From Deltaproteobacteria bacterium (lineage in GTDB: Bacteria > Myxococcota > Kuafuiibacteriia > Kuafuiibacteriales > Kuafuiibacteriaceae): a DNA stretch of 64,000 nucleotides. Numbering within the stretch: position 1 is the first letter of the stretch; each line of letters begins with the position of its first letter. The notes under the pieces were generated by a model. It saw only the letters and a list, made by a program, of their open reading frames with translations, was not told the origin of the DNA and made no database searches. Both the position numbers and the translations under genes were made by a program. The stretch spans positions 32,001-96,000 of the forward strand of contig JAVJQW010000022.1 of the NCBI GenBank assembly GCA_040218735.1. Reading direction: 5' to 3'. This document shows, piece by piece, positions 48,670 through 56,875 of the stretch.

Positions 48670-49241
48670 GCGTGGTACTTCGCGACGATCGCGTCGACGC
48701 GCTCGAGGAACTTCGGTTTGTGGTGCCGGTCGAACTCCGTCCACGTCGCGAACGTCGTCGGGTCGGTGACGCGGTCGACGAAGATCTTCCCGAAGAGGTG
48801 GTCGACCTCGTGCTGGATCGTGCCCGCGGTGAAGCCCGCGTAGGTCTCGTCGATCGCTTCGCCGTGGCGGTCCCAAGCGCGTAGCCGGATGCGCGCGGTG
48901 CGCGCGACGAGCCCTCTCAAGTTCGGCACCGAGAGGCACCCCTCGTAGTTGTCGAAGGTCTCGTCCGTGAGGTGCTCGATCTTCGGGTTCACCAAGATCG
49001 TCAGGGGGATCTTCGGCTTGTACGGGTAGCGCGGGTTGTCGCCGACCTCCATCGCGCAGATCTGCAGCGGCGTGTAGACCTGCGTCGCCGCGAGGCCGGC
49101 GCCGTTGGCGTCGCGCATCGTCTCGATGAGGTCGTCGATGAAGGTCTGGATCTCGGCGGACAAGAGCTCCTCCCTCGTCACTTCCCGGGCGACCTCCCTC
49201 AGGATCGGGTGTCCGATCTGCGCGATCTTTCGAATCGTCAT
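48666..49241 (-). CDS. def: Peptide deformylase
   Basis: GAGLAATQV, EGCLS, QHEVDHL. Confidence 0.95.
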   Translation of the reverse strand: MTIRKIAQIGHPILREVAREVTREELLSAEIQTFIDDLIETMRDANGAGLAATQVYTPLQICAMEVGDNPRYPYKPKIPLTILVNPKIEHLTDETFDNYEGCLSVPNLRGLVARTARIRLRAWDRHGEAIDETYAGFTAGTIQHEVDHLFGKIFVDRVTDPTTFATWTEFDRHHKPKFLERVDAIVAKYHA

Positions 49242-49272
49242 CGCGCCGAGTATCGCGTTAGACACGGGCGCC

Positions 49273-50046
49273 GTGAAGATCGTGACGTGGAACGTGAACT
49301 CCCTCCGCCTCCGCGAGGACCTCGTGCTGAACTGGATCGAGGGCGAGGATCCGGACGTCGTCTGCATGCAGGAGACGAAGGTCCCCGACCAGGAGTTCCC
49401 GGAGGACAGCTTCGGCGACCTCGAGTACGACGTCTCGTTCTACGGGCAGCCCGCCTACAACGGCGTCGCCATCGCGAGCCGCGAGGAGCAGGAGGACGTC
49501 ACGCCCGGCTTCCCCTCCGACGACGACGACAGCGAACGGCGCTTCCTCGCCGCCACCGTCGAAGGCATCCGCCTCGTCGATCTGTACGTCCCGAACGGCC
49601 AGACCTACGCGAGCGACAAGTACGCCTACAAGCTCCGCTGGCTCGACGAGCTGACGGGCCTGCTCGAAAAGGAGCTCGCCGCACACGACGCCGTCGTGGT
49701 GTGCGGTGACTTCAACATCGCGCCGCGCGACGTCGACGCGCACGACCCGCACCTGCTCGACGAAAAGAGCCTCTTCGTCAGCACCGAAGAGCGCGCCGCG
49801 TTCAACCGCCTCCTCGACCTCGGCCTCACCGACGCCTTCGCGCACCTGCACGGCGACGAAGACAAACCGTACACCTGGTGGGACTACCGCGGCGGGAGCT
49901 GGGAGCGAAACCGCGGCCTACGCATCGACCACTTCCTCGTAAGCGACGCGGTCCTCGAACGCGCGAAGTCCGTGACGATCCACCGCGCGATGCGCGGCGA
50001 AGAGCAGCCGAGTGATCACGTCCCGGTGGTCTTGGAGCTCGACTGA
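49273..50046 (+). CDS. xth: Exodeoxyribonuclease III
   Basis: TWNVNS, MQETK, YVPNG, GDFNIAP, YTWWDYR, GLRIDH, PSDHVPV. Confidence 0.95.
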   Translation: MKIVTWNVNSLRLREDLVLNWIEGEDPDVVCMQETKVPDQEFPEDSFGDLEYDVSFYGQPAYNGVAIASREEQEDVTPGFPSDDDDSERRFLAATVEGIRLVDLYVPNGQTYASDKYAYKLRWLDELTGLLEKELAAHDAVVVCGDFNIAPRDVDAHDPHLLDEKSLFVSTEERAAFNRLLDLGLTDAFAHLHGDEDKPYTWWDYRGGSWERNRGLRIDHFLVSDAVLERAKSVTIHRAMRGEEQPSDHVPVVLELD

Positions 50047-50486
50047 ATCGAGCAGTGCACCGAGACCTTCGAGATGAGCTGCCCGCACGGCTGATCGCCG
50101 GGGCGCCCGAGGTCGATGCAGCGCTGCACCGCCCACTTCGAAACACCGAGGATGTCGTCCGCCGCGGGGACCCCGTCGCAGAGGCCCGCAGTCTGGCGGG
50201 CCTGGTCGAGGCACTGGGTGAGGAAGGCGCTGACCATGCCGCGGCACATCGCGGCGCCGAGCGCGCCCCCTTCGCAGGCGTCGCTCTTGCGCAGCGACTC
50301 GTCGATGCACTCGGACTGCTCGTGCGCCGCGGCGAACTCACCCGCCTCCGCGGCGACCTGGTCCGCCTTGGCTTTGAAGTCCTCGGCGTTGTTCTGGAAC
50401 CAGACGTAGCCGGCGACGCAGGTGCCCGCGCCGAGGAGGAACATGCCGGCGATGACGCCGATGATGACCTTCCACGTGGTGCTCAT
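50016..50486 (-). CDS. Membrane-anchored Cys-rich hypothetical protein
   Basis: N-terminal TM helix then a helical domain with eight Cys; 3' end overlaps xth. Confidence 0.7.
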   Translation of the reverse strand: MSTTWKVIIGVIAGMFLLGAGTCVAGYVWFQNNAEDFKAKADQVAAEAGEFAAAHEQSECIDESLRKSDACEGGALGAAMCRGMVSAFLTQCLDQARQTAGLCDGVPAADDILGVSKWAVQRCIDLGRPGDQPCGQLISKVSVHCSIQSSSKTTGT

Positions 50487-50490
50487 GAAT

Positions 50491-51057
50491 TCAGACCCAA
50501 GCCTTGCGCAGCTCGGCGCCGAGCTCGACGACGCTCATACGGAACAGCTCGTCCTCGCGGACGCGCGCGACGACGTCCTGGTCGTCGCGGACCAGCACCA
50601 CGGCGCGGAAGTCCTTGCGCTTGAGCTTCGCGAGCGCCTTCTCGCGCGGGAGGATCTTCTGGAGCTTGGCGACGTCCGCCGGCCCGACCTTCACGTCCGC
50701 GGCGCCCGCGTCCTCGAGGAGCTGGGCGATCCCGTCCTGGAGCTGCTCGGAGAGGCGCCCGAGGTTGTTCTTGGCCCGCAGCGGCACCCGGGCGACCTGC
50801 GCGGTGGCGGGGTCGACGTCCTTGGAGAAGGTAACCCCGGCCCCGTCCATCTTGAGGCCGGAGAACTCGGGGAGGCACAGGAGCATGAAGCTGTAGTCCA
50901 GCGGGTGCTCCATGGCCGGGTTGAGGTAGTCGTCGACCCAGTTTTCCCAGTCGATCCGGAGTGTTCGGCAGATGAACTTGTTGAGGTGCAGCCACGCTTG
51001 CACCCGCTCCTGCTGATCCGGCGACAGCTGCCGGTAGCTCTCGAGCCACGCGCCCAT
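50491..51057 (-). CDS. Hypothetical protein (188 aa)
   Basis: C-terminal part of track ORF 50491..51975 from MGAWLESY, protein-like composition. Confidence 0.7.
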   Translation of the reverse strand: MGAWLESYRQLSPDQQERVQAWLHLNKFICRTLRIDWENWVDDYLNPAMEHPLDYSFMLLCLPEFSGLKMDGAGVTFSKDVDPATAQVARVPLRAKNNLGRLSEQLQDGIAQLLEDAGAADVKVGPADVAKLQKILPREKALAKLKRKDFRAVVLVRDDQDVVARVREDELFRMSVVELGAELRKAWV

Positions 51058-51144
51058 GCGTGGTTGTTCTAACATCCCCCGACGAAAAAGGCGCAACAGA
51101 CGGCGCGAACCTGCGAAAATGTAGGTCGAGAACGGAGATTCTTC

Positions 51145-51834
51145 ATGACCAGCGGTATCCAGTTTTCCGGCAAAGGCGCACTCGCCGGCTTCGTGGCCGA
51201 CAAGCTCTTGGGGACGTCGTTCCCGATCGGCACCGCCATCGGCGCGCTCTACAAGAACCTGTCGAAGTTCGATCCGAGCGACATGAACGCCGCCTACAGC
51301 GAGACGTTCAACCAGGCGAAGGCGCAGTTCCAGTCCGGCGATCTCGAAGGGATGGCGCGCGGTCTGTTCGACAAAGCGGCCGAGTGGCTCGGTGGCGGCG
51401 TGTCCGAAAATGGCCAGCCCAACACCAACGAAGCGGCGCTCGCGATGCTCCGCCCCCGCGCGGACGGCGATGCGCAGAAGGAAGCCCAGTCGAAGTTCGG
51501 CTTCGGCGGCTGGGGCAAGGCGCTCATGATCGGCGGCGGCGTCCTCGCGGGCATCTCGCTCCTCAACAACCTGTCGTTCGGTGGCTTCGGGATGCCGATG
51601 TTCGGCGCGGGCATGCAGAACATGTTCGACCCCGGGATGCTGATGTACCAGATGCAGAACATGATCGCGGGCGGCGGCATGACGCCCGGGATGATGAACC
51701 CCGCCATGATGGGCATGGACCCGACGATGATGATGGCGGGCATGGGCGGCGGCGGCGGCGGCCTCACCTCGCTCGCGCTCCTCGCGGGCGGCGGCTGGCT
51801 GCTCTCGAAGATGCTGAAGGGCGCCAAGTTCTGA
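51145..51834 (+). CDS. Gly/Met-rich hydrophobic protein
   Basis: GGAG RBS; MTSGIQF...; several Gly-rich hydrophobic segments; Met-rich tract. Confidence 0.78.
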   Translation: MTSGIQFSGKGALAGFVADKLLGTSFPIGTAIGALYKNLSKFDPSDMNAAYSETFNQAKAQFQSGDLEGMARGLFDKAAEWLGGGVSENGQPNTNEAALAMLRPRADGDAQKEAQSKFGFGGWGKALMIGGGVLAGISLLNNLSFGGFGMPMFGAGMQNMFDPGMLMYQMQNMIAGGGMTPGMMNPAMMGMDPTMMMAGMGGGGGGLTSLALLAGGGWLLSKMLKGAKF

Positions 51835-51850
51835 TACCGTCCCTGTCGAC

Positions 51851-52384
51851 ATGACCGACCAAGAAGGCCCGTCCCGGGTCGTTCCGCGCGTCGAGGGCCA
51901 CGTCGAGGCGCTCCGCGCGGCCGGCCTCAACACCGAAGCATTCTTCGACGCGCTGGTCGGCATCCGCGACGACACCCTCCTCCAAGACCAGCACCGCGAA
52001 GCGCTCTATCGCCTCATCGCGACGGAGTCGTTCCTCTGGTACCTCGAGGCGCTGAAGGGGGAGCCGATCGACCGGATCAAGCTCGCGCTGGTCGCCCAGG
52101 AGATCGCGGAGAAGAACGCCGCCGCGATCAAGAAACACGTCCCCGGGGAGAACGCCGCCGAGCTGCTGCTCCGCGCGATGCAGGACGACGAGCCGACCGA
52201 GCCCGCGCAGGGCCCGCCGAACACACCTCGGAAGGCGCCGCCCAACGCACAGACGAAGCTCGACCGCCCCGCGCCGCGCAAACCCCCGGCCGACGCGAAG
52301 ACCGTGCGCGACAAACACCCGCGCCCGCGCCGCCCGCCGGACGCGTCGACGCGTGTGGATCGCCCACCGCCCAAGAAGAAGTAG
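51851..52384 (+). CDS. Hypothetical protein, putative partner of 51145-51834
   Basis: 177 aa, helical N-half and Pro/Lys-rich tail; N-terminus resembles 9508-10047. Confidence 0.72.
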   Translation: MTDQEGPSRVVPRVEGHVEALRAAGLNTEAFFDALVGIRDDTLLQDQHREALYRLIATESFLWYLEALKGEPIDRIKLALVAQEIAEKNAAAIKKHVPGENAAELLLRAMQDDEPTEPAQGPPNTPRKAPPNAQTKLDRPAPRKPPADAKTVRDKHPRPRRPPDASTRVDRPPPKKK

Positions 52385-52418
52385 CCGCGCGGCGCCTTCG
52401 TTCGTTAAGACGCGGCGC

Positions 52419-53234
52419 ATGAAGCGCTTCGAGGATCGCATCGTCTGGATCACCGGCGGAGGCACCGGCCTCGGCCGAGGCCTCGCGGAGGAGCTCGCGC
52501 GCCGCGGCGCGACGGTCGCGGTCTCGGGGCGCCGTCGTGAGCCGCTCGACGAGGTGGTGCAGGCGATCGAAGCCGCGGGCGGCAAGGCGATCGCGGTGGA
52601 GTGCGACGTCACGGACGAAGCCTCGGTGCGCGAGGCGGTCGAAACGGTGACGAAGACCCTCGGCGGGTTGGACGTCGCGATCGCCAACGCGGGCGTGAGC
52701 GTCAGCGGGAAGATCGAGAAGGTGCCAGCCGAGCAGTGGCGGCGGCAGATGGAGATCAACGTCGTGGGCCTGACCACGACCGTGCGCGAGGCGCTCCCGT
52801 ACTTGTACGAGCGCGGCGGGCAGGTCGTCTTGATCGGCAGCGTCGCGGGGATGATCGCGGCGCCCGGCTTCGCGCCGTACCACGCGTCGAAGTACGCGGT
52901 GCGGGCGATCGGACAGTGCCTCGCGATCGAGCTGCACGGCACGGGCGTGACGTGCACGACGATCCACCCCGGCTTCGTGGAGAGTGAGATCGCGAAGGTC
53001 GACAACGCCGGCGTCTATCACCCCGACCGCGCCGACACGCGCCCCGCGAAGCTGATGTGGAAGACGGACCGCGCCGCGAAGGTGATGGTGGACGCGATCG
53101 GCGCCCGCAAACGCGAGTTCACGTTCACGGGCCACGGAAAGTTCGGCGCGTTCGTCGGGAGGCACGCGCCGGGCCTCGCGCACCTGGTGATGACGCGCGC
53201 GGCGAAGAAGCTGCGACCGCCGCGGTCGAGCTGA
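52419..53234 (+). CDS. Short-chain dehydrogenase/reductase
   Basis: TGGGTGLG, ANAG, YHASK. Confidence 0.93.
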   Translation: MKRFEDRIVWITGGGTGLGRGLAEELARRGATVAVSGRRREPLDEVVQAIEAAGGKAIAVECDVTDEASVREAVETVTKTLGGLDVAIANAGVSVSGKIEKVPAEQWRRQMEINVVGLTTTVREALPYLYERGGQVVLIGSVAGMIAAPGFAPYHASKYAVRAIGQCLAIELHGTGVTCTTIHPGFVESEIAKVDNAGVYHPDRADTRPAKLMWKTDRAAKVMVDAIGARKREFTFTGHGKFGAFVGRHAPGLAHLVMTRAAKKLRPPRSS

Positions 53235-53260
53235 GTTCGGGCCCGAGAGGGCTGGGGCTG

Positions 53261-53277
53261 CGCTGACTTCGTCAGCG
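53261..53277. terminator. Hairpin between convergent genes
   Basis: CGCTGAC-TTC-GTCAGCG; no U-tract. Confidence 0.4.
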
Positions 53278-53280
53278 TGA

Positions 53281-53904
53281 CTAGATCGACCGGCAGCAGC
53301 GGAACCCGATCTCCGTGTTCGCTTCGTTCGGGGGGGCGTTCGGGAAGGCGTCGACGCAGCGGTGGGTCTGCGAGCTCTGCGGGCCTCCGCCGCGGGCGGC
53401 GGCGGAGCCCATCGAGCCGCCCGTCCACTCGTAGACGTTGCCGCTCTGGTCGTAGGTCATCGAGAGGGCCTTGCAGGTCTCGCGGAGGCCGGTGGGCTCG
53501 ATGCCCATGTTCATCGTGTTGCAGCGGGTCGCGTCGAGCGTGTCGCCGTAGACGTACGTGTTGCCGCCGTCGCCAGGGACGCCATCGCAGGCGTCGACCC
53601 ACTCGTCGAGCGCGCAGAGGCGTTTGCCGCTGCGTTCACACGCGGAGCGGGCGCCGGACCAGTTGATGTCGGTCCACGGGACGCGATCGGGGAGCGAGCG
53701 GGCGCGGCCGTCGTCCATCAGGCCGGCGGTGTCGCGGTCGGCGTCTTCGCGCGAGGCCTCGTAGACGTCGATGCAGTAGCGCGCGCCGTCGCTCCGATCG
53801 AGACAGACCTCTTCATCCGGGACCTCGACGGTCGGCGTGTCCGAGCACCCGACCATCAAGAGTCCGACCATCGAGAGTACGACCCACAGCCCTCGCCACG
53901 ACAT
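53281..53904 (-). CDS. FGE-sulfatase (SUMF1) domain lipoprotein
   Basis: Lipobox LMVGC; YCIDVYE, GKRLC..DEW, YDQSGNVYEW, IGFRCC. Confidence 0.88.
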   Translation of the reverse strand: MSWRGLWVVLSMVGLLMVGCSDTPTVEVPDEEVCLDRSDGARYCIDVYEASREDADRDTAGLMDDGRARSLPDRVPWTDINWSGARSACERSGKRLCALDEWVDACDGVPGDGGNTYVYGDTLDATRCNTMNMGIEPTGLRETCKALSMTYDQSGNVYEWTGGSMGSAAARGGGPQSSQTHRCVDAFPNAPPNEANTEIGFRCCRSI

Positions 53905-53979
53905 GTCGACCCCTTCTACTACGGCCCGCGCCGCGCTCGGCTGGAATCTTCGGTCGGGCGGGCCTAAGCTGTCCGCCAG

Positions 53980-54417
53980 ATGGACGTCCCGGTCGAGCGC
54001 CTGATCGCCCAGTCGAAGATCTTCGCGCGGCTCGACGAGGAGGGCCGGCAGCGCCTCTCCCGCATCGCGACCCAGGAAGACTACGCGGCGGGCGACGTCA
54101 TCCTCCGTGAAGGCGAGCCCGGCGACGCCTTCTACTACGTCCTCGCCGGCGAGGTCGCCGTCGACGCCGCGAGCTTCGACGCGCAGGACAAACGCCTCGC
54201 CACCCTCGGCGCCGGCCACGTGTTCGGCGAGATCGCCTCGCTCACCCGCGAGCCGCGCACCGCGACGATCACCGCGGAGGTCGACACGCGCTGCCTGCGC
54301 TTCGAGATGGTGAGTGTCTTCGCCGTCCTGAAGGACTACCCGGACGCGCTCGCGGATCTGAACCGCCTCGGCCTCGCGCGCACCGAGGATCTATTGAACA
54401 AGATGAACGACGGGTAG
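53980..54417 (+). CDS. Stand-alone cyclic nucleotide-binding domain protein
   Basis: ILREGEPGDAFYYVLAGEV, VFGEIASLTREPRTATI. Confidence 0.9.
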   Translation: MDVPVERLIAQSKIFARLDEEGRQRLSRIATQEDYAAGDVILREGEPGDAFYYVLAGEVAVDAASFDAQDKRLATLGAGHVFGEIASLTREPRTATITAEVDTRCLRFEMVSVFAVLKDYPDALADLNRLGLARTEDLLNKMNDG

Positions 54418-54439
54418 GCCGGCGGTGGAGCTCGCTGTG

Positions 54440-54898
54440 TGAGCCATGAACGCTCGCGCCACGTCAGGGGGACGGTTCGCTCGATGGTCTGCACAGGTGC
54501 CTAACTCTAAGGCGATGGCCGGCGTGGCGAGCGAGCGCTGGGATGAGAGGCGCAATTGCACCGCGCTCGATCGCGATCTCGATCGCATCGGCGAGCGCCT
54601 CGGGGCCGTATCGAGCTGCCGGTTGAGGTAGCCGGTCTGCGGTCGAATCGGCACGTCGCGTTCGAGCAGCGCCTGCAGAAACGGTTGGGGGAGTGCCACG
54701 TCGTTGCGAAAATCGCTGCGGAGGAAGCCAGGCAACTCGCCAGCGGAAGCGGCTGGTCCTAGCGCGTGCCGGATCTCGTCGAAGGTTAAACTTGTCGACG
54801 TTATTGCGGCCGACGAGAACGTTGAGTCCAGAACGCAAATCCAGCCAGCAGTCGCTCATATTCCGGAAGTTTTCAACGACGACGGACGATAGATGCAC
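54440..54898 (-). pseudogene. Relic of an OLD-family ATP-dependent endonuclease (ABC-ATPase N-terminus)
   Basis: GAGGAAGG RBS + GTG HLSSVVVENFRN...GLNVLVGRNNVDKFNL, frameshift near 54785 into FDEIRHALGPAASAGELPGFLRSDF; broken Walker A; too short for a full gene. Confidence 0.7.
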
Positions 54899-55205
54899 GT
54901 CGCCTTCCTCTTTAACGATCTCACAGGTGGTACCCGATCGGTCAACGACCAACCCGCGCGATGCCCTCGTCACCAGCGAGCGCAACCGCCAAGACCGATC
55001 GGATCCGGAGGCGGGGAAAGCTGCTCTCGTCCATTCGACCAAGGCTGCACCCTCCACGATGGAGGTGCTTCGCCAGGTCCGCGGCAAATGACCTGACGAC
55101 GTCGCTTGGATTCCTTGGACGGCGAGCTGCGGTGTCGGGCTTTGAAACTCCTTCCGAGCGCAGGCCGAATCCGGTCCGCCTCGACGAACGTGAGGTCAGG
55201 GCTGT

Positions 55206-56873
55206 TCACGCCCCTGCGCCTACCAGTCGTGCCGTCGCCGAGTCCGCACATAGCACGGCCAAACGGGTCCTTGCCCGCGTCGTGGCGACATACAGGTCAC
55301 GCCGGTCCAAAGGTGGTCCAGTCGGCTCAGGAGCATCGATCAGCACCACAGCGTCGGCCTCCAACCCTTTGAATGATCTCACGGTGCTGAACATGACGGT
55401 AGTGTCGTTCCACTCTGCCAGCTCGGTGACGAGGCTCAGGTTGTGGCCTTTGCGTGCGGAGGCCATCGAGGACTTCTCGAGTGTGAACGGTGAGAGTATC
55501 GCCACACGCACTCCACGACCGGCCCAGCTCGCGGCATGCCGCCAGGCAGCTTTCGCCATCGCCCGCCGGTCGGCAATGTGCTCGACGACGGTGTCAACGC
55601 CCTCCGGCAGCCCGGGCATCGGCTTGACGTGCTCGTCCAGGACTCGGTTACCAGTCTCATTGATCCGCACCGTGTTTCGGCAGTTGTGAAGGAGCGAGAA
55701 GACCACCTCCGCTCCCACGGCCTCGCGAACGCGGCGGTCGTAGAGGTCCTGCCGGTCGTCGGAGCAGTACACGAATGTGCCGCCGGGGCGGACGAGATTT
55801 CGCGCTGCCCAGAGGCGGTACTCGCCGAAGTCTTGCCCCTCGTCGACAATGAGCGCATCCACGGCAAGCTTGTTCGAGCCTCGTGTCTCGACGAGGTCGA
55901 TTACGAGCCCGGGGAGCGTTTCGCTGTAGTACTCGTCCATCTCGCGCTTGGGCACTGACGGCCTGGGACCGACCAACCGAGCAAAGTAGCTGTCCGCGTG
56001 CCAGATGTGCTCGGCGAGATCCGAATTCTGCAGCCGCAGGTGGGTCGCGAGCATCTTGTTGAAGCAGAGGAACAAGGCCTGCTCGCCCTGTTCCACCAGA
56101 GCGCGCAGCCGCCAAACGGCGAGCACGGTCTTGCCGGAGCCGGCTGGGCCGGTCACAGCGACACTCGGGTGAAGGAAAATACCCCGGAGAGCTGCGTGTT
56201 GCTGGCGAGTCAGGACCTCGATGGTGTCTCGGTCTTCGACCACGTCCTCCAAGGAATCGGCCGGCCCGATCTCGAGAGGGTGGTTCATCAGCACTTCGCC
56301 GATCTCTGATGATTTGTCTCCGTTCAGAGGCTGGCGATTCTCCATCGTACCGCGCGCATTCAACGCGCTGCGAATCGATTTCGCCAACCCGGGCAGCTGC
56401 CTTCGGAGCACGATTGTGGAGGCGTCGAACGTGTTGAACCCTCCGTTCGTGATCTCGCCTTGTGGGTAGACCACGACGTAGCCGAATGGCCATGGGAACG
56501 CTTTCCAACCCATTCGGTGACAGGCGAGGCGCGTGATCTCGTGGACGTTCGATGTTGCTTGCTCAGGCGGCGTTCTTGGTGTGATTGCGGTCCATGCTAT
56601 GCCGTCATGACTTCGGTACCAACACCCGTCGGAGCCCACGCGCACATGCTTGGAACCTTTCACCTCCACAACACAGAGGCCAAAGCCAGGCGCAATGACC
56701 ACGAAATCGGCCTGTCCATCTCGAACCCACGTCCGGCCATTTGGACTGGTGCTCCGCGTGGTCCAGTTCACGTTCGAGAGGACTACCCAGTCGGCCGGTG
56801 CCTGCTGCTGGAGCTCATTGTAGACGACGCGCTCGGACCGGTTAGCGGGGATTGGACCCAAGATCCGCGGCAC
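55206..56873 (-). CDS. NERD nuclease-SF1 (UvrD-like) helicase fusion
   Basis: SERVVY, QADFVVIAPGFGLCVVEVKG; GPAGSGKT, IVDEGQD, NCRNT, RSFKGLE, LYVATTRAR. Confidence 0.9.
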   Translation of the reverse strand: MPRILGPIPANRSERVVYNELQQQAPADWVVLSNVNWTTRSTSPNGRTWVRDGQADFVVIAPGFGLCVVEVKGSKHVRVGSDGCWYRSHDGIAWTAITPRTPPEQATSNVHEITRLACHRMGWKAFPWPFGYVVVYPQGEITNGGFNTFDASTIVLRRQLPGLAKSIRSALNARGTMENRQPLNGDKSSEIGEVLMNHPLEIGPADSLEDVVEDRDTIEVLTRQQHAALRGIFLHPSVAVTGPAGSGKTVLAVWRLRALVEQGEQALFLCFNKMLATHLRLQNSDLAEHIWHADSYFARLVGPRPSVPKREMDEYYSETLPGLVIDLVETRGSNKLAVDALIVDEGQDFGEYRLWAARNLVRPGGTFVYCSDDRQDLYDRRVREAVGAEVVFSLLHNCRNTVRINETGNRVLDEHVKPMPGLPEGVDTVVEHIADRRAMAKAAWRHAASWAGRGVRVAILSPFTLEKSSMASARKGHNLSLVTELAEWNDTTVMFSTVRSFKGLEADAVVLIDAPEPTGPPLDRRDLYVATTRARTRLAVLCADSATARLVGAGA

Positions 56874-56875
56874 GA

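Noticed and set aside
50491-51975. 494-aa minus-strand ORF
   Set aside because: The 5' part is antisense to 51145-51834; only the last 188 aa look genuine
55045-55100. Two small hairpins in the island spacer (GCACCCTCCA..TGGAGGTGC; CAGGTC..GACCTG)
   Set aside because: Short and imperfect; no tRNA, att site or ncRNA signature
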